NCBI GenBank assembly: GCA_002311855.1
Contig: DCAB01000012.1
Location: forward strand, 388,112 to 452,111
Origin: Candidatus Dadabacteria bacterium UBA1144
Lineage (GTDB): Bacteria; Desulfobacterota_D; UBA1144
Direction: 5' to 3'
Length of the DNA: 64,000 bases
Within the stretch, counting starts at the first letter, position 1. Every line of letters begins with the position of its first letter. The translations under genes and the position numbers were made by a program. The notes beneath the pieces are model-generated. The model searched no databases. It saw only the letters and a list, made by a program, of their open reading frames with translations, and was not told the origin of the DNA. Positions 33,531 to 42,901 of this stretch are shown here, piece after piece.

Positions 33531-34150
33531 AAATATTCTTTAAATTCATGCATTCCCAAATATATAGAAATATTAATTATAAAAAGTACTAGTTTAGGAA
33601 TAGTTTTCAATGAATCGAAATAAGACATGATGAAAAGATATTGACAGCCCCATAACCAAATAGTTAAAATGATAAAGGCACCAATTTGTACTTGACTATG
33701 ATATGCAATATTGAGATCGGTTAATGTTGAAATTGTAATTAAGAGTATGGATCCAAAGATAACAGGAGACAAAGTATAGCTAAATGGTTTAAATATACTT
33801 TTAAATGCACATTGTCTTACTGAACCACCACACAATCTCGATATAATGGCAAGAATGAAGCACGATATTATGATTTCACAGAAATAAAAAACAAAGCTAA
33901 AATTATCTAAAGCATATTTCGAATCAAAACAATAGTAACTTATATCATCTAAAGCGGTTGCTACGATAACTATCAATAATGCTCTACCACCGGGAATGTA
34001 GTATCTGTTCAAAGAAGCAGATAAATAAAGTTTTGTAGAAAAAAAAAGAGTAGAAAGAAGATTTATTAACATAATGAATTTAGAATATATTAGGCCTCCT
34101 ATATAATAACATTGTAGCAGAACTGCTTGAGTAAAATAAACAGTATCCAT
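33503..34150 (-). CDS. Hypothetical polytopic membrane protein
   Basis: 215 aa, about 6 predicted TM helices. Convergent 28-nt overlap with the previous ORF. Confidence 0.45.
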   Translation of the reverse strand: MDTVYFTQAVLLQCYYIGGLIYSKFIMLINLLSTLFFSTKLYLSASLNRYYIPGGRALLIVIVATALDDISYYCFDSKYALDNFSFVFYFCEIIISCFILAIISRLCGGSVRQCAFKSIFKPFSYTLSPVIFGSILLITISTLTDLNIAYHSQVQIGAFIILTIWLWGCQYLFIMSYFDSLKTIPKLVLFIINISIYLGMHEFKEYFYLFLSESQ

Positions 34151-34281
34151 GAAGATTTATTTGACTTTTTGATTAAATAAGATTATTGTAACGTTTTAGG
34201 TTGAGTTAGGGACAGTGTTGATTGTCTCACGAAGAAAGCTAAGAGATTAGCACTAAAACTCAATCTTTTTTTTTGTCTTTT

Positions 34282-34998
34282 TTAATCTTTTGAATGTAAC
34301 CCACATTCGGTATTACTTTCGTTCTCCCACCACCATCTACCTGCTCTAGGGCTTTCACCAGTCTTGATACCCCTTGTACATGGAGCACAGCCAATCGATG
34401 GGTAATTTAAATCATGTAATTTGTTATAAGGAACGTTATTTTTTTTGATATAATCAAATACTTGTTCGAAGCTCCAGTCTATTAATGGATTATATTTTAA
34501 GATTGTCTTTTTTCTGATATCTATTTCGATTTTTTTAAAATTAGACCTGTTCTCATTCTGATTTTTTCTGAGTCCAGTTATCCATGCATCAAGATTGGAT
34601 AGCTTTTTTTCAAGGGGTATAACTTTTCTTACATTACAGCAAAGTTGTCTATTCTCAACTGATTTGTAAAAGAGATTCATTCCTTTCTCTTGAACCATGG
34701 TTTCTACATCAACATTATTTGGAAAGAGAATTTCAATTTTGATATTGTATTTATTTCTTATCTCGTCAATTAGATTGTAGGTTTCTTGATTCAACCTTCC
34801 GGTGTCTATGGTAAAAATTGGTATTGATAGACCAAGATTCTGAATCATATGAATTATAACAACATCTTCGGCTCCAAAACTAGAAGCAAGTTCTACTTTA
34901 TCGCCATGCAATTGAAAGATAAAATCTAAAAGCTCTTCAGGGTTCTTATTAGAATTTTTATCTACTATTTTATTGTATTCTTGTTCAAAATCTACCAT
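34282..34998 (-). CDS. cysH: Adenylylsulfate (APS) reductase, Fe-S type (CysH family)
   Basis: 238 aa PAPS/APS reductase fold with the CC...CxxC cysteine set (LCCNVRKV ... GCAPCTRG) that marks [4Fe-4S] APS reductases. Confidence 0.8.
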   Translation of the reverse strand: MVDFEQEYNKIVDKNSNKNPEELLDFIFQLHGDKVELASSFGAEDVVIIHMIQNLGLSIPIFTIDTGRLNQETYNLIDEIRNKYNIKIEILFPNNVDVETMVQEKGMNLFYKSVENRQLCCNVRKVIPLEKKLSNLDAWITGLRKNQNENRSNFKKIEIDIRKKTILKYNPLIDWSFEQVFDYIKKNNVPYNKLHDLNYPSIGCAPCTRGIKTGESPRAGRWWWENESNTECGLHSKD

Positions 34999-35001
34999 TG
35001 T

Positions 35002-35973
35002 TCATGCCTTTAAAAAATACTCTGCAATTATATAAGATATTACAACACAACTTAAAGGAGCGAAAATCCAAAATTTTAAAATACTAGAAACACTAGTTTT
35101 TTTTAATGTTCTTGAGAAACCTGTACTTGCACAGGAAAATCCTATAATTCCTGCTGTCACTATTTCTGCTACAGATATGGGGATGCCGTACAATGAAGCA
35201 ACCGCAAGAAATAAGCCACCCGTCAGATGAACAGAAATAGCCCTAATAAGGCAAATATCGGTTATTCTTTTAGCAACAGTTTCAAGTATCCTTCCTCCCA
35301 AAAATAATGCACCCAGAGCCATAAAGAGGCCGGCGATTAATGCCCCATCTGAGGCTGAGACTAGACCTCTAGCAACAATTGGTGCGGCTGCGTTTGCTGA
35401 ATTGTTAGCCCCAGCAAAGAAAGCAAGAAAACAACCTGAAGATATAAGTAGATATTGAAGAATACGATTAATTTTTTGTTCTTCTGAATGAGAAGCTAAA
35501 AAGTTTATAATTTTAATGTACCAATATTTGCCAATCAAATAGTTGACAAGCCATAGACCAAGTGGAGTTGCTACCCACCATATAGTGATTTCTATTACTT
35601 TGCTTGAATTCAAACTATTCAAAGCTAATCCGATTCCAATTATTGTGCAAACCACAATATGGGTGGTAGCAATCGGTATTCTTAAGATATTGGCAATTGC
35701 GATTGATAAGATTGGAAGAAGAAGAATTAAAAAAGTAAATTTTATATCTACTATCCCTAGATTTGTGTTTACTATTTCTTTACCCACCGTTTGAATAACC
35801 TTTTCTCCAGCAAAAGCGGCTCCTAAAAAAACAAAAATAAAAATCAATGAAACTGACTTAATCTTGGATAAAGTATTCGATCCATATGCAGTTGCCATGG
35901 AAGCACCAGCATTATTTGCCCCAACATTAAACGATAATATTAGAGCTAAAACAGATATAAATAGAATTTCCAT
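35002..35973 (-). CDS. PiT-family (Pho4-like) anion permease, probable sulfate permease CysP-type
   Basis: 323 aa membrane protein. Duplicated GANN(A/S)xN motifs (GANNAGASM, GANNSANAAAP) analogous to the GANDVAN motif of PiT transporters. Sits immediately upstream of cysH, as the PiT-family CysP does in the Bacillus cys operon. Confidence 0.65.
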   Translation of the reverse strand: MEILFISVLALILSFNVGANNAGASMATAYGSNTLSKIKSVSLIFIFVFLGAAFAGEKVIQTVGKEIVNTNLGIVDIKFTFLILLLPILSIAIANILRIPIATTHIVVCTIIGIGLALNSLNSSKVIEITIWWVATPLGLWLVNYLIGKYWYIKIINFLASHSEEQKINRILQYLLISSGCFLAFFAGANNSANAAAPIVARGLVSASDGALIAGLFMALGALFLGGRILETVAKRITDICLIRAISVHLTGGLFLAVASLYGIPISVAEIVTAGIIGFSCASTGFSRTLKKTSVSSILKFWIFAPLSCVVISYIIAEYFLKA

Positions 35974-36032
35974 AGGATTTTGATAATATATATTTCTTTT
36001 TAATTACAAAATATACATTTTTTACTTAGTTT

Positions 36033-36048
36033 AATAAACATGTTTATT
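36033..36048. promoter_or_regulatory. 16-bp perfect palindrome AATAAACATGTTTATT in the divergent cys promoter region
   Basis: Read directly; the sequence is its own reverse complement. Located 60 nt upstream of the PiT/cysH operon start and about 130 nt upstream of the sulfite reductase start. Confidence 0.35.
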
Positions 36049-36178
36049 CAAGAATGATTGTCGAGGATGCTTGAAAATAGGGGAAATTTCGTGTTTTCTT
36101 ATAACTGCGATGATTAATTCAGTACGAATTTGTGATATTAATTAGACAATTGAATTTTCAATATGAGTGATTTACAAC

Positions 36179-37867
36179 ATGTCAGAAGTTAAAAAAGTTA
36201 AAAATGAGTACATAAAAGAATCAAGCGATGGATTGAGAGGAACTATTCACCAAGAAATTCAGGATAAGTCTTCTACGAAATTTACTGCTGATAACGTACA
36301 ACTTTTGAAATTTCACGGTATTTATCAACAAGATGATAGGGATAAAAGACAAGAGTTAAAAAAAGAAGGTCTGGATAGAGAATATATTTTTATGATTAGA
36401 ACTAAGAATCCAGGGGGTGGAAACATAACACCAGATCAGTGGAATGCGTTGAACCAAATTAGTAATCAATGGAGTGATGGATCGCTCAGAATTACTACTA
36501 GAGAATGCTTTCAGCTCCATGGTATTGGAAAAACAAACTTATGGAATACACTTAATTCCTTAAATAAGAACCTCATTTCTAGTTACGGTGCCTGTGGTGA
36601 TATAGTTAGAAATACCGTTGCATCACCAATTTCGGATGTAAGAGAAGATTACAGTTATAATGCGCAGGCATTAGCAAGAGAAATAGATAAAGCAACTTTG
36701 GCTCAATCAAGAGGGTACTACGAAATATGGGTCGATGGTCAAAAAGTTACCACCAAGATTAATAGAGACAAGATAGAGAAAGATGATTTGTATAAAGAAG
36801 ATTATTTGCCAAGAAAATTCAAAATCGGAGTGGGTCATCAACTTGATAATTCAATTGATATTTATACACATGATATAGGTATTATGCCAATAATTGATGG
36901 AGAACTAATAGGTTTGAATATTTTGGTTGGGGGTGGTCTAGGAAGTCATCATAGACAAAGCCAAACATTTCCAAGACTGGCAGATGAATTAGGGATGTGT
37001 GAAGAAAAAGACATAATCAAAGTTGTAAGGAAGATAGTTGAAATACAACGTGATCATGGTTGTAGAACAAATAGAAAAAGAGCGAGAATGAAATATCTAC
37101 TGGACGAGTGGGGCGTAGAAAAATTTAGAGATGAACTTGAGTCACGATTAGGTTTTAGTCTAAAAGATTATTATAAGATTGTTCCTTCAACGATAGATGA
37201 TTACTACGGATGGAATAAACAAAAACAAGATGGGAAATTTTATTGCGGAATTTTCGTTGAAAATGGGAGAATTAAAGATAAAAATTCAGTCATGCTTAAG
37301 TCTGGCTTGACCGAAATAATTTCTAAGTTTAAAGTTGAATCTCGACTAACAGCCACGCAGGATTTTATCATGGTTAATATAGATGAATCTGATGTCCCTA
37401 AGATTTCTGACATGTTAAAACAGTTTAATATAGATACCAATGAAAAGTATTCTACTCTAAGAAAAGCATCGATGGCATGCCCCGCATTTCCAACTTGTGG
37501 TTTAGCAATTGCTGAAGCAGAAAGATTTTTACCCTTCTTAATTGACGATTTAGAGGGAAGAGGCTATGGAAATGAGAAAATCAAAATAAGAATGAGCGGT
37601 TGTCCTAATTCATGTTCTAGACCACCTGTATCTGAGATAGGGATTATCGGTGCATCTGTCAGAAAATATAATATCTACCTAGGTGGAGATTTTTATGGAA
37701 GAAGACTCAACAGACTTTTTCTTGAATTGGTTGACGATACGGAATTAGCTAATAAGATTTCAAGATTAATTGATTACTGGAAAGCTAATAAAAAAAACGA
37801 GAATGAAGACTTTGGTGATTTTTGCAACAATTATGATTTTGCAAAATTAAAACAGATAGCACAATAA
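36179..37867 (+). CDS. cysI: Assimilatory sulfite reductase hemoprotein (siroheme/4Fe-4S; CysI/Sir type)
   Basis: Tracked from GTG 36167; first ATG is 36179 (MSEVKK...). Siroheme-Fe4S4 Cys motifs [11 protein letters not shown] and SGCPNSC. No cysJ adjacent. Confidence 0.85.
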   Translation: MSEVKKVKNEYIKESSDGLRGTIHQEIQDKSSTKFTADNVQLLKFHGIYQQDDRDKRQELKKEGLDREYIFMIRTKNPGGGNITPDQWNALNQISNQWSDGSLRITTRECFQLHGIGKTNLWNTLNSLNKNLISSYGACGDIVRNTVASPISDVREDYSYNAQALAREIDKATLAQSRGYYEIWVDGQKVTTKINRDKIEKDDLYKEDYLPRKFKIGVGHQLDNSIDIYTHDIGIMPIIDGELIGLNILVGGGLGSHHRQSQTFPRLADELGMCEEKDIIKVVRKIVEIQRDHGCRTNRKRARMKYLLDEWGVEKFRDELESRLGFSLKDYYKIVPSTIDDYYGWNKQKQDGKFYCGIFVENGRIKDKNSVMLKSGLTEIISKFKVESRLTATQDFIMVNIDESDVPKISDMLKQFNIDTNEKYSTLRKASMACPAFPTCGLAIAEAERFLPFLIDDLEGRGYGNEKIKIRMSGCPNSCSRPPVSEIGIIGASVRKYNIYLGGDFYGRRLNRLFLELVDDTELANKISRLIDYWKANKKNENEDFGDFCNNYDFAKLKQIAQ

Positions 37868-37868
37868 T

Positions 37869-38756
37869 ATGAGCAAATCAAAATATCTTAAAGAACTTGA
37901 AAATGAATCAATTTTCATTTTAAGAGAAGTGGTAGCTGAATTTAATAATCCGGTGATGCTTTATTCAGTAGGAAAGGATTCAAGCGTGATGTTACATCTT
38001 GCTCAAAAAGCTTTCTACCCAGGTAAAATTCCGTTTTCATTGCTACATGTGGACACCGGTTATAAATTTAGAGAAATGTATGAGTTTAGAGATACATTTA
38101 CAAAAAAAATAGGTGCTAAATTAATAGTTCACAGAAACGAAGAAGCGATAGCGCAGGGTGCCCATCCTTCAAGATTAGGAGTAGCTAGATGCTGTGGAGC
38201 CCTTAAGACGGAAGCCCTTTTAGATGCGCTCAAAAAATATAAATTTGATGCCGCGATTGGTGGTGCAAGAAGAGACGAAGAAAAATCTAGAGCAAAAGAA
38301 AGAGTTTTTTCTTTTAGAGACTCTTTTGGTCAATGGGATCCGAAATCACAAAGACCCGAACTATGGAGCATTTATAATTCATGTATTCATGAGAACGAAT
38401 CTGTAAGAATATTTCCATTGTCTAGCTGGACAGAAGTAGATATATGGAATTATATAAAAGAAGAAAAAATTAAAATTGTCTCATTATATTTCTCTAAAAA
38501 AAGAAAAGTTGTTCAAAAAGAAAAAACTTTAATTCCTGCTGAAAATTTAGACTCTAATGAAAAAGTAGAAGAAATCCAAAGTAGATTTAGATCTCTAGGG
38601 TGTATGCCTTGTACTGGAGCAGTGAAATCTAATGCAAATAGTATAGATATGATAGTAAAAGAAGCTATTTCTGCAACAAGAAGCGAGAGAGAGAACAGAA
38701 TAATTGATCATGGCTCAAATACCATGGAAGATAAGAAAAAAGAGGGCTATTTTTGA
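37869..38756 (+). CDS. cysD: Sulfate adenylyltransferase subunit 2
   Basis: 295 aa PAPS-reductase-like ATP-PPase fold ([13 protein letters not shown]). Confidence 0.9.
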   Translation: MSKSKYLKELENESIFILREVVAEFNNPVMLYSVGKDSSVMLHLAQKAFYPGKIPFSLLHVDTGYKFREMYEFRDTFTKKIGAKLIVHRNEEAIAQGAHPSRLGVARCCGALKTEALLDALKKYKFDAAIGGARRDEEKSRAKERVFSFRDSFGQWDPKSQRPELWSIYNSCIHENESVRIFPLSSWTEVDIWNYIKEEKIKIVSLYFSKKRKVVQKEKTLIPAENLDSNEKVEEIQSRFRSLGCMPCTGAVKSNANSIDMIVKEAISATRSERENRIIDHGSNTMEDKKKEGYF

Positions 38757-40009
38757 TGCCCGATTCGATAGATATCTTGAGATTTGCAACCGCGGGGAGC
38801 GTAGATGACGGAAAATCTACTCTTATTGGGAGATTGCTCGTTGATTCAAAGGGTGTGTTTGATGACCAATTGGAAGCTCTAGAAGGCACTTCTTCTTCGG
38901 GCGAAAATAAAGGTATCGATTTTGCCCTATTAACTGATGGTTTACGTGCTGAGCGCGAGCAGAAAATAACTATTGATGTAGCATATAGATATTTCTCAAC
39001 TCCGAACAGAAAATTTATAATTGCTGACACTCCAGGACATGTTCAATATACTCGCAATATGTTTACAGGGGCAAGTAATTCTGATTTGGCAATAATATTG
39101 ATTGATTCTAGAAAGGGTGTTCTTCAGCAATCTAAAAGACATCTATATATAAGTTGGCTTTTGGGAATTAAGTATATAATAGTTGCGATTAACAAAATGG
39201 ATCTTGTAGATTACGATCAAAAAACTTTTGATTTTATATCAAGGGATTTTATGAGTATAACAAGTAATTTGTTTATAGAAAAAATTGATTTTGTCCCAAT
39301 TTCAGCTTTAAAAGGCGATATGGTTGTTCAGAGAGGAAACAAAATGCCTTGGTATGATGGCCCAACATTAATTGAAATTTTGGAATCAGCCAAATTAAAT
39401 ATAATTGACTATGAAGGTTCGATTAGATTCCCAGTTCAACTAGTTAATAGAGTGGATAACAACAAAAGAAAAGATTTTCGTGGCTATATGGGGCGATCTT
39501 TGTCAGGTAAAATCTCAGTTGGAAATGAAATAAAAATTTTACCAACTAATAAAACTTCAAAGGTAAGAGAGTTAATTCTTTCATCAAAAAAAGTCAAAGA
39601 AATAAATTTTTATGATTCGGGAACGATACTACTTGAAGATGAAATCGATATTTCAAGAGGAGATATGTTTTCTTCAATAGGCAACGAACCACAGATTTCA
39701 AATTCTGTTACAGCCAATATTTGTTGGATGGACGAGAAACAACTTGGCATCAAAAAAAAATATTTGTTTAAACATTGCAATAAAATATCAAAAGCGATTA
39801 TCAAAAAGATAATATATAAGGTTGATATGGAAACCTTAAATCAAATCCCTGCTGACAATACCTTAGATATGAACGACATTGGTCAAGTCGATATAGTATT
39901 ACAAAATAAAATTGTTTTTGATTCTTATTCGGAGAATAAGAATACAGGATCATTTATCTTGATAAATACAGACTCCAATAATACGGTTGCGGCGGGGACT
40001 ATTCTTTAG
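38753..40009 (+). CDS. cysN: Sulfate adenylyltransferase subunit 1 (GTPase), no fused APS kinase domain
   Basis: 418 aa. GTP-binding motifs ([18 protein letters not shown]). Start overlaps the cysD stop. Confidence 0.9.
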   Translation: MMPDSIDILRFATAGSVDDGKSTLIGRLLVDSKGVFDDQLEALEGTSSSGENKGIDFALLTDGLRAEREQKITIDVAYRYFSTPNRKFIIADTPGHVQYTRNMFTGASNSDLAIILIDSRKGVLQQSKRHLYISWLLGIKYIIVAINKMDLVDYDQKTFDFISRDFMSITSNLFIEKIDFVPISALKGDMVVQRGNKMPWYDGPTLIEILESAKLNIIDYEGSIRFPVQLVNRVDNNKRKDFRGYMGRSLSGKISVGNEIKILPTNKTSKVRELILSSKKVKEINFYDSGTILLEDEIDISRGDMFSSIGNEPQISNSVTANICWMDEKQLGIKKKYLFKHCNKISKAIIKKIIYKVDMETLNQIPADNTLDMNDIGQVDIVLQNKIVFDSYSENKNTGSFILINTDSNNTVAAGTIL

Positions 40010-40025
40010 CGCCTGACATAAATTT

Positions 40026-40931
40026 ATGAATAAATATAAAATTATAAGTTTCTATAAATTTATTGATATTGATTCTCCTCAATCCCTTCAAGATAGATTT
40101 TATATATTTTGCAAAAAGTCGAAAATTTTAGGAACTTTAATAATTGCCAATGAAGGAATTAATGGAATGTTGGCGGGACAAGAAAGCAAAATAGATGAAA
40201 TAAGTGAAAAACTTTTTGAACTGAGATTAGATCGAGATGATATAAAGATTTCATTTTCTGAAATCAAGCCATTTAATAGATTGAGGATAAAGCTTAAAAA
40301 AGAAATTATAAGTTTGGGTAGCCCTGAGAAATCTAATCCTAATAAATTAGTAGGGAAACATGTTAAACCAAAAGATTGGAATCAACTTTTAGATAAAAAA
40401 GATGTAATTCTTGTTGATACTAGGAATTGTTTTGAAACATCCATAGGAACTTTCGATGGAGCACTCGTTCCAAATATCAATACTTTCAAAGAATTTCCTG
40501 GATTTCTGAAAACGTTGGAAGGTCAAAAAGAAAAAAAAATAGCAATGTTTTGTACTGGTGGAATAAGATGTGAAAAAGTAACTTCTTACATGCTGGAGGT
40601 AGGATTTAAAAAAGTTTTTCATCTAAAAGGGGGAATAGTAAAATACTTAGAAACAGTTCCTGAAAGTGAATCCAAATGGGAGGGAGAATGTTTTGTTTTT
40701 GATAATAGGGTTACGGTTGAACATGGAATGAAGGCAGGAACTTATGTTACATGTAATGCATGTGGAGAACCTTTGAATAATAAGGATATGGATTCTCCGA
40801 AGTTCAATAAAGGTATATCTTGTCCACAGTGTTACGATAAATTAACAAAAAAACAAATTGTTAAAGTCACTGAAAGACAAAAACAGGTTGAACTCGCAAA
40901 AAAAAGAGGAGGGATCCACGTTGGGGAATAG
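40026..40931 (+). CDS. trhO: Rhodanese-domain tRNA uridine(34) hydroxylase TrhO/YceA family
   Basis: 301 aa. UPF0176 N-terminal pattern (IISFYKF...IANEGINGMLAG), a rhodanese Cys (CTGGIRCE) and C-terminal CxxC pairs. Confidence 0.8.
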   Translation: MNKYKIISFYKFIDIDSPQSLQDRFYIFCKKSKILGTLIIANEGINGMLAGQESKIDEISEKLFELRLDRDDIKISFSEIKPFNRLRIKLKKEIISLGSPEKSNPNKLVGKHVKPKDWNQLLDKKDVILVDTRNCFETSIGTFDGALVPNINTFKEFPGFLKTLEGQKEKKIAMFCTGGIRCEKVTSYMLEVGFKKVFHLKGGIVKYLETVPESESKWEGECFVFDNRVTVEHGMKAGTYVTCNACGEPLNNKDMDSPKFNKGISCPQCYDKLTKKQIVKVTERQKQVELAKKRGGIHVGE

Positions 40932-41418
40932 ATTAATATTTTGTTTGTTCTTCTGTTTGACTTTGTCATGTGATAATCAATCGGAAGTTTTCATTGCGGA
41001 TGCTGTATTCGTAGATTCTATGAATAAACAAATTGGTAGGGTGGAAATAATAGAACAAGGAAGAGGTTCAAATTTTAGAATCGAATTAAGTTCTCTTAAT
41101 CATGGATATTATGCAATGCATATTCATGAGAAAGGAGTTTGTGAACCCCCAAACTTTACGACGTCTGGAAATCATCATGGTCTGAGATCCGATGGAACAT
41201 TCGCAGGAGATTTTAAACCAATTAATATCAAGAAAGAGGTTAATAGGTATACTAACAAGATTAAAGATTTCAATAAGATTATTTTTTTGCCTGATATTTT
41301 TTTAAATCCCAGCTCAGAATCGTCTATTATGGATGAAGATGGTTCATCAATTATTGTTCATGAAAATATGCACGGAGGGGCTAGGATTGCTTGCGCGGTA
41401 ATTAAAATTAGGAATTAA
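40921..41418 (+). CDS. sodC: Periplasmic Cu/Zn superoxide dismutase
   Basis: His-rich Cu/Zn-SOD core (HIHEKGVCEPPNFTTSGNHHG ... HENMHGGARIACAVI). Tracked ORF starts at TTG 40858 inside trhO. The TTG at 40921, eight nt before the trhO stop, gives MGNRLIFCLFFCLTLSC, a plausible signal peptide. Confidence 0.8.
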   Translation: MGNRLIFCLFFCLTLSCDNQSEVFIADAVFVDSMNKQIGRVEIIEQGRGSNFRIELSSLNHGYYAMHIHEKGVCEPPNFTTSGNHHGLRSDGTFAGDFKPINIKKEVNRYTNKIKDFNKIIFLPDIFLNPSSESSIMDEDGSSIIVHENMHGGARIACAVIKIRN

Positions 41419-41690
41419 GAATATTTATTTAGTTCTCCAGACTTATTTAATATATTTAATTCATCAAAACCACCAATAAATTTATTATTTATTATTATTA
41501 TCGGAACTGTTTTCCAATTATACTTATTTGAAATCTCCAATCTGAGTTCCCTATCTGACGTCAGATCAATTTCTTTAAATTCAAGCCCTTTTACTTTTAG
41601 TAAATTTTTTGCGGCTATGCAGAAAGGACACGATTCAGTTGTGTAGAGCTCAATTTCCACTATCGGAATCCTTCCTATAAAACAAAGCAA
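41415..41690 (-). CDS. grxC: Glutaredoxin
   Basis: 91 aa, CPFC active site (YTTESCPFCIAAKNLL). Convergent 4-nt overlap with sodC. Confidence 0.8.
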   Translation of the reverse strand: MLCFIGRIPIVEIELYTTESCPFCIAAKNLLKVKGLEFKEIDLTSDRELRLEISNKYNWKTVPIIIINNKFIGGFDELNILNKSGELNKYS

Positions 41691-42093
41691 TAGTAAAATA
41701 AAAAATTAATATAGCAAAAAAATCTTGAATTAAAAATACTTCGATTTCTTTAAATCTTAGCATTCCTAATTTTGCAATTGAGATAAAACAATAAATTAGA
41801 AATACGAAAAAACTTAAGAAAATGCCTTTAACGATTCTACCAAATTTAATCCTATCATAGAAAATGATATACAGAGAACCTAGCATAACCGAACATAAAT
41901 AAAAAATTATTATTGAATAGAATGCATTCTGTGGAAAGAAATAATTTATTTTAGAAAAATAATATAAAATGTCTATAGAGTCGAATGGGTAGAATGCATT
42001 TGTATAAAATAAATAAGTCAATAATCCCGCAACAGCAACAGCTAGAAGAAAATTTAAAAAACTTAATAATAAACCTATTACTTTTTTGAACAC
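41650..42093 (-). CDS. Hypothetical membrane protein
   Basis: 147 aa, 4 predicted TM helices. No recognisable family. Confidence 0.4.
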   Translation of the reverse strand: MFKKVIGLLLSFLNFLLAVAVAGLLTYLFYTNAFYPFDSIDILYYFSKINYFFPQNAFYSIIIFYLCSVMLGSLYIIFYDRIKFGRIVKGIFLSFFVFLIYCFISIAKLGMLRFKEIEVFLIQDFFAILIFYFTIALFYRKDSDSGN

Positions 42094-42212
42094 TTAGGTT
42101 TAGATTAATTGAAAAAAAAAGAAAAAAAAAGAGTTAAAGAAATATAATAAATTACGTAAGCTACAACCAACAACCGATATTGACCAGCGGGTGCTCCATT
42201 CGTAACAATCCA

Positions 42213-42247
42213 TTGGTTGCTAAAATTAATCAAATCCTAGCAACCAA
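42213..42247. repeat. 10-bp perfect inverted repeat TTGGTTGCTA-N15-TAGCAACCAA (stem-loop)
   Basis: Read directly between two minus-strand genes. About 70 nt upstream sits a pair of A9 tracts (42109-42140). Confidence 0.5.
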
Positions 42248-42289
42248 ACATGAACTTATTAATTTATAAAACCACGACTTAGAACTTTC

Positions 42290-42493
42290 TTAGTCGGCGA
42301 GCCCATTCTTTCTTTTTGTTGGACCCTTTTCTGGACGACCAAAGTCAAGGCCGACTATTGCTGCCCAGTTTTGTGATCCAGCAACGTGTCCTGCATAGCC
42401 TCTTGCGTTCTGAGGATTGTGTGCACTTTGACCTGTATCTATACTCACGCGCCTAGCCCAATTTCTCATTGGGGAATTTTGTTGATCTGGCAT
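42290..42493 (-). CDS. Small conserved-hypothetical-looking protein with anomalously high GC
   Basis: 67 aa (MPDQQNSPMRNWARRVSIDTGQSAHNPQNARGYAGHVAGSQNWAAIVGLDFGRPEKGPTKRKNGLAD). Strong SD GGAGGTG 7 nt upstream. Local GC is roughly 48-50% against about 33% background. Confidence 0.5.
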   Translation of the reverse strand: MPDQQNSPMRNWARRVSIDTGQSAHNPQNARGYAGHVAGSQNWAAIVGLDFGRPEKGPTKRKNGLAD

Positions 42494-42553
42494 ATTACAC
42501 CTCCATCTAGGTTAATTGTATCAAATGGCAATTCCAAATTCAATAAACATTAT

Positions 42554-42841
42554 TTAATCTTCTAATTCTTCAATTATTAGGCTAGTTAAGGGAGTAGCAA
42601 TACATAGCAAGGCCATATTATTATCGATATCTTCTTTAGTTAAGCTATTTGGGTCGGGAGGGTGAATATATTTTATTTCCCCTTTTATAATCTTTGCCAT
42701 ACACGTGGTACACATACCTTGCATGCAACTATAAGGAAGCTTCAATCCTTGATTATTTGAAGACGTTAGTATTGATTCACCTTCTATTATGTCTATGGTT
42801 TTATTTAATTTTACAAACTTAATTTGATGAACTTTTGACAT
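42554..42841 (-). CDS. fdx: Plant-type [2Fe-2S] ferredoxin
   Basis: 95 aa. C-x4-C-x2-C ... C pattern (SCMQGMCTTC ... LLCIA). Confidence 0.8.
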   Translation of the reverse strand: MSKVHQIKFVKLNKTIDIIEGESILTSSNNQGLKLPYSCMQGMCTTCMAKIIKGEIKYIHPPDPNSLTKEDIDNNMALLCIATPLTSLIIEELED

Positions 42842-42901
42842 CGTTAACTCTCAATTGATTTCTATTGCAGCACTTATTGGCTAAAATATATAATAATTGA
42901 A

